A DNA stretch of 64,000 nucleotides from positions 78,244,001 through 78,308,000 of the forward strand of contig OX597822.1 in the NCBI GenBank assembly GCA_951406725.2, written 5' to 3'. Origin of the DNA: Octopus vulgaris. Lineage: Eukaryota. A program made the position numbers and the translations under genes. This document shows, in pieces, positions 40,193 through 51,800 of this stretch (position 1 is its first letter; every line of letters starts with the position of its first letter). The notes under the pieces are model-generated. The model was not told the origin of the DNA and searched no databases. It saw only the letters and a program-made list of their open reading frames with translations.

Positions 40193-40311
40193 ATGTCTGA
40201 AGTTGCAGAAGGAACTTGTTCCAATTCTAGCAACGATGCTTCTCAGAAACGGTCTGCTTTCGGTAATCGCCATTTAACAGATTCCAGTAACGTGTTCCAG
40301 CACAACGCTTG
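40193..40311 (+). CDS. METTL2: METTL2 alternative first coding exon 1a (cytosolic-type N-terminus [40 protein letters not shown])
   Basis: ATG in aaaATGt context; matches the recalled METTL2 motif KRxxFGxRxLxD..VFxHNAW; strong donor TG|GTGAGT, phase 2. Too short to be in the ORF track. Confidence 0.9.
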
Positions 40312-43300
40312 GTGAGTAGTAATGTCGTTGCTTTCCTTCTCTGTTCACAGTCTTCTGTTTAAGTATTGACAGGCAATATGGAGCTTCGATTCGATTCGAT
40401 TCCTCTCGCTCTTGGAATTCCTCGTCTCTTTAATGACAACGAATAGTATTTTCCCTCCCACCCTCATTTATCAGCACCAATATCCTCTTTCTTCTCCTCG
40501 TCAACGTCATCATCACTATTATTATCAACATAGTCGTCTTCGTGCTTATGTTATTATCATTACTACAATTATCATAATCGACCCACAACCAAAGCTTCAA
40601 CAAGATCATCACCACCACCACCACCGCCACTGTCAGCTGCATTAATTTACTAACGAGCCAACGTGGGAGCCCCTACATAGTCACTCGATCTGCTAAAAAT
40701 AGCAAAATCTCTCTCTTTCTCTCTCTCTCACACACACATACACACACACAAATTCTACCTCACTAAAAATTGCAGGACTCATTGAATAATGCCGTCCAAA
40801 GTACACTGCGTCTAGGAAAAAAATGAAAAAGAAATACGGGATAGCCACGGCTTAATACCTTCGATTAGAAATCTGTTGAGCTGATTGAACAACAATATTG
40901 ATCTGGTAACGCGTCAACGAGGAAATCTCAACGTAAATGTTCTACCTACTAAAGATAACAGCTAACCTCTTTCTAATCACAGCCTACTGTTACAAAAAAA
41001 AAAAAAAACACGTTGGACATAGAATCGTGTATATAGCTAAAGAAGCCAAGTTCATAACAGTAACACTTCTGATTATAGATAAATAATATCAATTCCAGCT
41101 GAACTAGGATGAAATGATCTTGCTAAAAATAAAACTACTTTATCTCAAAAATCTTCAGTAATTCTATTTATTTCATGAAATTGTTTATAACTCTAAAAAT
41201 ATCTTCACATTTATTCCGTCGGCGGAATTTTGTCACCCAGTATTCAGATCAACACACGTGCGTGAAAGGCACATTGTAACTGTTGTATTGATGGACGCAC
41301 TTTTTTTAAGAAACAAATAATGTCCCAAAAATTCACCCATAATCTTTAATGGACAAAAAACTTTTGTCCTGAATATGCACTGCTGAGATCGGTGTGCATC
41401 TGATATGCAGGTGCGTCTTTTTATACCGTAAAATACGGTAGTTGCTATTTTTGTTTAAGTGCAGATGAGTTCTGGTCTGGTAGACGTATAATCAAAGGCA
41501 TTCCTCTTGTGTTGTAACCATCCTGTCTTTTCCCTGAATACAGGGAACCCAGGATCATATTATGCAACGTGCCTTTTCTAAGACTAAAAATTTGAGGGAG
41601 ATTTGGCTGCTATCTCTAACAAGATGAGTGACCATGTAATGGCTTTGTCGTTGGCTCGGTTCGAGTTGAATGCATTAAACGACAACTACCGAAAATAGTT
41701 ATTTGACTGCAATCAGAATTTCATTATACATTCTTAATATTACGGCTCGGTTGGACTGGAAGGATCGATTGAGTGACTGATAACATCGCTTGCACTATTT
41801 AATTGTGTATCTTATCGTTCTGAGTTCAAATCTTGCCGGAATCAACTTTACTTTTCATCCTTCCGGAATCAGTAAAATTCAGCACCAGTCAAGTTCTGGG
41901 ATTGGTATAATCAATTGCACCATCCCCGATAGTTGTGACCTTGCACCTATGTTTAAAAAATCAATATTAATGATAAACATACATGAAAAATTTAATCGTA
42001 AAAAGCTTGTGAGAATCTTAATAAACTGAACGTCGCTTTTGTAAATACAGGATTTTTTAGTCCCGGGAGATCGACCCTGGTCGAGTAGACTTGCAATCAC
42101 AGTCAGTCCTGCTGTAACATCCATTATTTCTTTCAGACAGTGTATCTACGACCAAAGGCCGATGAGTTGCGTGCGCACTCACACACACACACAAAAGAAG
42201 GCAAAAGAGAAAACCTAGGGTTTTCTAAATATCTTAGTATTTTCCAATTCACTGCAAAACATCGAGGTACACGTGCAAATCGTAAATGGTAAAAGATCAT
42301 CATTTAATGTCTGCTTTCCATGCTGACATGGGTTGGACGATTTGACATGGTTCAACAAGCTATAAAACTCACTTCATATATATATATATATATATTATCT
42401 TTTTACTTATTTCAGTCATTAGACTGCAGCCATGCTGGGGCAACGCCTTGAAGAATTTTTTAGTAGAATGAATTGACCCCAGTATTCATTCTGTCATTCT
42501 TTTTTTTTTTACCAAACTGCTAAGTCACAGGGACTATGTATCATCATCGTCATCATCATCATCGTTTAACGTCCGTTTTCCATGGTAGTATGGGTTGGAC
42601 GGTATATAATATAATTTAATAGTAGGGTAAGCTGGTTTATGGGGTTACCCTGGTTTTCTTGCTCATGGAATGGGAAAAGCCTCCATATTTTAAAGAGCTC
42701 TCAGGCCAGCAGTATTTTGGGTCTGAAGATATGCCTTAAGGCTAAACCACCTGTGAGCAAGAAACCCAGGTTAACCCCATAAACCAGCCTACCCCACTAT
42801 ATTAACTGCTCTACATCTTAGAATGTGCTTTTCCTCCCAATTTATGTATTTCTACAAATGATCCTAATATATATATATAGACACACACACACACAACGGG
42901 CTTCTTTCAGTTTCCCCTCCACCAAATCCCCTCACAAGGCTTTGGTCTGCCCTGAACTATAGTAAAAGACACTTGCCCAAGATGCTGTGCTGTTGGACTA
43001 ACCCCCTACTCAATATTATGATAATTATTTAACACTTTTTATACCAACCTTCTGGACACATCATTGGTTCAGTGCTACAAGCTTTCTTGTCTAAATTTAA
43101 CCGTTTAGTATTTAAACCAGCCACATGTGGTCCAAATATTCAACCTCTTTTATGCTCAGAGCAACGAAATCTGGCCTCTCACACCTACCCTACTATGTCA
43201 TTCTAAGAATTAACAGATTCAGCATTGAAATCTTGAAGTTTTGAGATAATGCATGATTAATCCAAAACAAAGAGTGAATAAATAAGCTTTACAGTTAACA

Positions 43301-43644
43301 GAAAGAAATCAGAACATTGCTTTATGGGTTTAACCTTCCATCATAATTTCTGTTCCAGTCTGAATAATCCTTTTTACTATGGGCACAAGGCCTGAATTTC
43401 TAATTTTTTATTTGGCAGTGGTGGGGCAGGGAAGTCTTGTTGATATCGTTAGCACCAATATGCAGTTGATACTTTATTTTATCAGCCTGGAAAGAACGAA
43501 AGACAAAGTCAGCCTCTGCAAAATTGAACTGAGAACGTAAATATGGACAAAAATGCCACAAACTAAGAATTTCACTTGGCTTGCTAACACTTCTGCCAGT
43601 TCACTTTTCATCATTTTCAGAATTAATTGAAGCAAAAACAGTTT

Positions 43645-43683
<39 letters not shown>

Positions 43684-45742
43684 GTTGTCGTTGTTTAACA
43701 TCCGCTTTCCATGCTGGCATGGGTTGGACAGTTTGACTGAGGGCTGGAGAGCCAGCATCTGCACCAGGCTCCAATCTGATCTAGCAATGTTTCTACAGCT
43801 AGATGCCCTTCCTAACACCAACCAATTCGAGAGTGTAGTGGGTGCTTTTTTTCTACAGGAATATTCTATGAAAAGGATTAATATTAGTTTTAGAACTATG
43901 ACTTTTCAGTTTTAGTTTTCGAATATTCTACCTGTTTAATCTTGATCTTACTGCCTCTAAACTGTTTTATACTGATTTTAGAATATTATAACTTTATGGT
44001 GCAGGCATGGCTGTGTGGTTGAGCTGCTTGCTCCTCAACCACATGGTTCTTGATTCAGTCCCACTGTGTAGCACCTTGGCCAGGTGTCTTCTACTACAGA
44101 TCCAGGCTGACCAAAGCCATGTGAGTGGATTTGATAGACAGAAACAGTGTAGAAGTCCTTTGTTTGTGTGTGTATGTGTATCCTTGTCTTGATATTACAT
44201 AATTGTTATAAACAAGCATCACTGTCACACATGAGATGTTGTTCGCTTCCAGTATTCCATGAAAAATATATTTGCTGAGGAAATATCATCTTGCTTGGAA
44301 ACAGGCGAGAGTTGGGAACAGGAAAAGCGTCCAGCTGTAGAAAATCCACCTCATGAAAAAGTGGACATTAAAATGATGATGATACAAAGTTTTTAGATTA
44401 TTATAATTGTTTGATATTGGTTTCAGAACATTTATTTTCTCTGCAGCCCATGATATGGACCAAATCAGCCATTCCCTATTGACACTGTAACTGTTGCTAT
44501 TGGGGAAGCTGTATGTCGGGTAAAACTGTCTACAGTCACAAACAGGGGCCTCCTCATCTATCTTAAGCAGACTTCCCAAATAGGATTAGCATTGTTTGAC
44601 AATAGGATCCCTTCATTCTATACTTCCATTTTAATTCTAACAACAAAAGTCTTTTGTCTGTATATTTCAGAAGAAATGGCATCTCGTACTGTCTCTGGAG
44701 TTACACTCAGCCTACTGAATCGACACATGATGTCCTTTCAGTATTGTATATACCGCTCTATCCCACAAATTTTGCATTGCTCATCACGCTCTACATCTCA
44801 GCAACGTCCCAGGGGTGGGGCTAGGCCTCTCACTGACCCTAATAAAGTATTTAGCCACAATAATTGGTAAGGGTGTTTCCACTCTTTCTTTATTCTCTCT
44901 GTTTTTCCATCCCTAATTTTATTTATAGCTTATCAGATGAAGGAGAGCAGTACCCACAACACCTTGAAGGGCCTCCAATTCTGCTACCAGTTCATAGATT
45001 GCTGCTGAAGGAAGCAGCACCTGTCCAGACACTCAGTTATCCCCTGACCAGGTTCAAATGCTTCTAACAGCCTAGTCTCTGATAAAATCATCCAAGGGAC
45101 AGACAATGGTGTTAAACTGACATTTTACATCTACCATCCAACAACATACATAAAACACAGTTTATCTGATGGGCTTACACACAATTTTCATTTACCAAAT
45201 TCCATTTACGAGGCTTTGGTCACCTCCAGGCTATGGTAGAAGATCCTTGCCAAGGTGTCAAACAGTGGGATCAAACATAAAGTATAAAAAGACAAAAAGA
45301 AATAGTTGTTTCTCTACAAGACACCTGTTCCTGCCCTTCTGTTATACTTTAACCTCTTATCACCAGGCTTAAAGCCCCAATTTCCTCAATACACTGTACC
45401 CAGCTCCCTTGAGAGATCTTGCTTTGTCAGTTACTCGGTGACCTCACTAGTAATCGTGCTACATGCAAAGCACCCAATACATTCTGTAAAATGGTTGGCG
45501 TGAGGAAGGACATCCAGCTGTAGAAACCAGGCCAAAGCAGACACTGGTGCTGGGCACCGTCCGCTTGCTTATCAGCTCCTGTTGAACCATCTAATCCATG
45601 CCAGCATGGGAAACTGACATTAAATGGTGATGATGATGATGATGATAGCAATGAGGTACTCCTTTCTCTTCTTTAGTCTTCCACTTTTTACTAACCCATC
45701 ATCATTTTCCCTTCTTTATATAGTGTGTGTGTGTGTTTCTCT

Positions 45743-45810
<68 letters not shown>

Positions 45811-48800
45811 TTTGCTCAAGTTACACAGTTGTCCCAATGTTGCCTTTGCAATCATAGTAAATGCATCAAACTAATGATTAACCCATTTGTAACCTATAAC
45901 CAATAACTCTATTGTCTACATAATGCAATATAAAATAAGCAGATAAAACTGTGGAGTTCAGGGCTGGCCAACCTGAGGCCCAAGGGCCGCATGTGGCCCA
46001 TAGCTTTTTATGATACTTTCTTGAAATGGGTTTTTTTAAAGAAAGATTTTTTAAATTTTTCTCAAAAATTAAAGATTGTAATGAAAAGTGTTAATAAAGC
46101 AATAGCCTACAATTTTATAATTTTCTACGAAAAGTATGAAAAATTCTTGATTCTGTAATTTGATTATTTGTGGCACTCTGTCAGTTACGATGATGAGGGT
46201 TCCAGTTGATCTGATCAATAGAACAGCCTGCTCGTGAAATTAACGTGCAAATGGCTGAGCACTCCACAGGCACATGTACCCTTAACATAGTTCTCGGGGA
46301 GATTCAGCATGACACAGAGTGTGACAAGGCTGACCCTTTGAGATACAGGTACAACAGAAACAAAGAAAGAGTAAGAGAAAACTGTGGTGAAAGAGTACAG
46401 CAGGATTCACCACCACCCCCTACCGGAGCCTTGTAGAGCTTTAGGTGTTTTGCTCAATAAACACTCACAACATCCAGTCTGGTAATCGAAACCACGATCT
46501 TATAACTGTGACTCTGCTGCCCTAACCACTGGGCTATTGCACCTTCACTTTTTGACTATTAGTGCATATTTTTCTTCTGATTTATACTCATAAATATAAA
46601 GACCCCACCCCCACCCGTCTTCAGTCATGAATGACCATGGGATTACACCTGGAAAGCTCCCCTCTGAGGCACAAGTCCAGACAAGGTTGTTCATGAAAGA
46701 CCACCAGTCTCCCCTCTCTACCCCACCAATGTTATTCAAGGGAAAGGCAAAGGGGCTGATACAGCTTGGCACCAGTGACATCATATCTCATCTCTACAGC
46801 TGAGTGAACTGGAGCAATATGAAATAAAGTGTCTTGCTCAAGAATACAACACACAGCCTGGTCAAGGAATCGAACTCACTATTTCATGATTGTAAGCCCA
46901 GTGCTCTAACCCCTGAGCCACACACCTTCACATTTATACTCATATAAACCATTTAATTTCAGGAACTATTTTTGGTATCATGCGATGATGTTTAGCCTAG
47001 TGATTAGTTATGATCGCAAGATCATGGTTTCAATTCCCAGACCAGGCAATGTGTTGTGTTCTTGAGTAAAACACATCTTACATTGGTCCAGTCCACTCAG
47101 CTGTAAATGAGGAACCCTGTGATGGGATAACATTCCATTCAGGTGAGGGGAGTTGTGATTTCAATAACTTACATACCATAGAAACAGGGTAACCAGCCTT
47201 ATAAGTCCTAGGACTTGAGAGAGTGATGTGCAGGGGACTTACTTTTTAGTATCACATATTGTGTTTGATTCCACAGACTCTAGTTGATATAGAGCAGCTC
47301 AGGAACAAAACCATGATGCATGAGACTAAACCACAGCATGTGGAGTTAAGCTATAATGAATGGTACTAAACCATAGAACATGGAGCAGAACTATAGTTTT
47401 AAGGTGCTTAAACTACAATTTTATGAAGCTTAAACTTCAATGCATGGTGCTAAGTCACAGCACATGCAGCTAAACAAATAGCTGAATCTAAGCAACAGTT
47501 TATGGAATGATATGGAGCATAGCCATGATATTTAGAGCTAAGGTGAAGGCATGGCTGTGTGGTCAAGAAACTTACTTCCCAGCTATATGGTCTTGGGTTC
47601 AGTTCCACTGCACAGCACCTTGAGCAAGTGTTTTCTACTACAGCCCAAGCCTTGTAAGTGGATTTGGTAACCAGAAACAGAAAGAAGCCTGTTGTGTGTG
47701 TGTGTGCATATCTTTCTCCTGACATTCCATGTTAGTTATAAACAAGCATCACAGTTGTACAGGTGATGCTGTTTGCTTCCAGTTTCCATAAAAAGAAAAA
47801 TGTCTGGCCTCAGGAATGTTACCTTATTTGGAAACAGGTGAGGGTTGCTGACAAGAAAGATATCCAGCCATAGAAAATCTACCTCAACAAATTCTGTCTG
47901 ATTCATGCAAGCATGGGAAAGTGGACATTAAGATGATGGTGATGACAATGATTGCCTTGCAGATGTCCAGAATGGATATTGGTTGCTTCATTCTCACTTA
48001 CAAAGGTGGAGGGTCACAAGTGAAAGCCTAATGGCCTTCCCCTTTGAATAATTTATAAAATATATAAATAAAATTTCACCTAATTGTTGTTAAAAAATAT
48101 TAGTTGATTCTGGAATTTTGTATGTCATTGGTGAAGACTGGTGTCTTTTTATATTTTTTTTTTGTTATGGCTTGTATAAAAGAGAATTTATTATATATAT
48201 ATTTTTTCTTTTCACTCTTCTATCCAGGGACAATGTAGTCTGGGATGCATCACAAGAATCTGAAGCTCGACGTATTACCGAAGAACAGGCTGCTGACCTT
48301 GTGTCATTTGAGAAACAAGGTTAGAGAAGAATATCCAATCAAATTAAACTGCTCACCCTCTTCACCACCACCACCACCTTTACCACTACTACCTCTTCTA
48401 GCACTTTCAAAACCCTCTCTACTACTACCACTACCGTCACTATCACTACCACCACCATTACTACTACTACCTTTGTTGGTCATTTGATGATCCTTGTCAC
48501 CATTCATCTCTATCCTTTCATCTTCTATCCATTACTTGTTTCAGTCATTTGACTGTGGCCATACTGGAGCACCCCCTTGAAGCACTTTTAGTCAAATCAA
48601 TTGACACCAGTACTTTTTTTTTTTTTAATTTAAACCTGGTACTTATGCTATCAGTCTCTTTTTGCCAAACCACTAAGTTACAGGGACATAAACACACTAA
48701 CACTGATGTCAAATTATGTTGGGAGACAAACACACCTCCACATGCACACACAAACATATATATATATACACAATGGGCTTCTTTCAGTTTCCATCTACCA

Positions 48801-51800
48801 AATCCACTCACAGAACTTTGTTCTGTGTGAAGTTATAGTAGAATACAATTCCATTAAAAAAATTTTTTTTTAAGGAGCACTCTTATTTCTACCCTAATCA
48901 TATGGGAAAGTTACTTATGATAGGGTTGTATCTATACTTTACATATTTATGGTTTAGATCTCATCTCTTTCAACCCCTAACACCTCAAAAGCCCTTCACA
49001 TCATAAGGGGTGCTTTTGATTGACTCTGCGTGTCGTGGTCTGAAATAGCAACCAAGTTTTGGTTTTTGGTTGGCACTGTTTTACTTCTCTCTCACCATTT
49101 GGTTTCATATTCAGTCTCACTGCCTAGCACCTTGGGCAAGTGTCTTCTTCTATAGCCTCAGGCCGACCAAATCCTTATGAGTGGGTTTGGTAGACGGAAA
49201 CTGAAAGTAACCCATTGTATTTATATATATATGTATGTGTGTCTGTGTTTGTCCCCCACAATCACTTGACAACTGATGTTGGTGTGTTTACATGCCCCGT
49301 AACTTAGCAGTTCAGCCAAAGAGACCAATAGAATAAGTACTAGGCTTACAAAGAATAAGTCCTAGGGTCGATTTGTTCGACCAAAGGCAGTGCTCCAGCA
49401 TGGCTGCTGTCAAATGACTGAAACAAACAAAAGAATAAAAAGAATGTTTTCATGTTTTAAAATTTTCTTTTCTGTTTTTTTAATCAGTTGAATATGAAGA
49501 CAAGGCCTATGAGTTCTGGGACCATTTTTACCAGTTACACCTGGATAAATTCTTCAAAGATCGGCACTGGCTCTTCACAGAGTTTCCAGAGTTAGCTCCA
49601 GAAGCGAAACTCGAACCACCAAATTCCCATCCTTCAAACAGTCAATCAGAATCAGAATCTGAACCAGAACCAGAACCAGAATCCAAGTCCTGTTCCGGTT
49701 CTGAGCAGTGTGATCTGGTGCCAGAAGAGCAGCAACAGCCAGAGCAACAACAATGTGAAGGCCCCAGCGAGCAGGAACAAGTTGAGAATGAACATGAAAC
49801 ATCACAAGCTTCCACTAATACCAATACTTCCATCATACCTCAAGTGACTGTGAGTGAAGAAGAGGTGAATGACGATCCTGACAAAATCTACAGATTCTTC
49901 GAAGTAATGGAGTTTTACTGTCTTTCTTCATCCTTTCTCCTTTTCCTTTTTTTTTTTGTGTGTGTTTCTCATAGTTGCCATCTTTGCCACTCACTGTATC
50001 CATCCCTACATACCTCTAACCTTTATCTCTATCACCGTACATCTCTTTCTCAATTGAGATAAGAAAAAAGGGTTTAAAGTCATCTCTAATCGAAGCCTTC
50101 TCTCCATGACTATCCTGTCATAATTTAAGTCAATGTATCTAGATTTACATTATTCAGTGTGTCTTTCCTCTTATTTTAAGACAGCAAGATGTAGTTTGAG
50201 AAGAATTTGGCTGCTCCTTCTATCAGTTTGAAAGACCAATATGAAGGCTACCTCACTAGACTGCAAAAAGTGTTTTATTGTTATAATTGGAAGAATTGGT
50301 AGAGGCGATGTTTAGTTGTGAATCTTTTCATTCCAAGTTCAATTCTCACTAGATTCAATGTTGCCTTCCATCCATCTGGGTTCAATAAAAGAAGATACCT
50401 GGGAAGTACTGGGGCTGATGGTGACAATTAACACACTTCCCTTCAAAATTGCTGGCCTTCGACTAAATTAAAAGCAGTTTCCAAACCACATGGTTCTGGG
50501 TTCAGTCCCACTGCATGGCACCTTGGGCAAGTGTTTTCTACTATAGCCTCAGGCTAACCAAAGCCTTGTGAGTGGATTTGGTTGACAGAAACTGAATGAA
50601 GCCTGTCGTGTGTGTGTGTATTTGTACCCCACTACTGCTTGACAACCAATGTTGGTGTGTTTATGACCCCGTAACTTAGCAGTTTGGCAAAAAGGACCGA
50701 CAGTTTAAGTATCAGGCTTAAAGAGAAAAAAATAAGTCCTGGGGTCAAGTCATTCGACTAAAATTCTTCAAGGCAGTGCTCCAGCATGGCCACAGTCTAA
50801 TGACTGAAATAAGTAAATGAATAGAATAATAAAAGAATGGTTTATTAATTATTGTGAGATGTAAGATGGCAATGCTGGCAGAACCCTTAGCATGCTGGAC
50901 GAAATGCTTAGCAGCATTTCTTCTGTCTGTGTTCTAAGTTCAAATTCAGGTGAGGTCAGCTCTTCCTTTTATCCTTCGAGGCCAATAAATACCATTCAAG
51001 TACTGGGGTTGATGTAATCAACTTTCCCCCACCCTCCTCAAAATCTGCTGGCCCTGAGCTAAAACTTAAATCTATTATTATTGTCAAATGTAAGAAGGCA
51101 AGCAGACAGAATTGATATACTCAGGTAATAATTATTTTCTCTAATGAGTTTGTATATGTTTGTGTAGGTGTGTGTGATTGTAATACTTATTTTTAACAAA
51201 ACAGGTAGAATATGGATGGTAAATCAAATTAATACACTTGTCAATGTTATCTAGTGGTTGTCTCTTGAGATGTGACATCGATCATCGTTTGTTACTGAAA
51301 GAATGCTGGTTTACACATGCAAACATTCATATACTTCCCTTGTACACACACATACACACATAGAGTTGAAACACTGTTTGATTTTTCTTTTCAACGTTGA
51401 ATGTTCACCATCCCACTTCCATTGTACACACACACTCACACCGCCCTTTTACATACACACACATATATGCTCACACAAAGTTGAAATGCTGTTTGATTTT
51501 TTTTTCACCATAGAATTTCCATCGTCCCACTACCAGTTTGCCATCACTCCTTCCTTTCTCATTCATATATTGTGACAGAGAAAAACACAAGAGCATTATT
51601 ATAGTAGATTATTTTATATTTTCTTAGTGTGTTTTTTAGTAGCTTCTCTCCTTACTCTGCTATCAAATGATCCCTGTTTTTTTTCCCTTTTTGTGTCAGG
51701 TTGGCTGTGGTGCAGGCAACACAGTTTTTCCAGTCTTAAAAACCAACAAGTAAGTTTCATAATTGATCCTTCAAGTTTTATTTGTTTTATTTTCCTATCC

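Noticed and set aside
44592-44675. Upstream extension of the track ORF 44592..44870
   Set aside because: Starts at TTG and runs through the intronic pyrimidine tract and acceptor; the credible start is ATG 44676
44676-44866. Exon 1b as a dead duplicate or as a constitutive second exon
   Set aside because: Intact ATG context, open frame, both splice sites and the motif are retained despite strong divergence; constitutive use after 1a is excluded by the junction TGA
49904-50062. Hydrophobic C-terminal extension in the track ORF 49718..50062
   Set aside because: Read-through past the exon 3 donor into intron; it would lack the catalytic core
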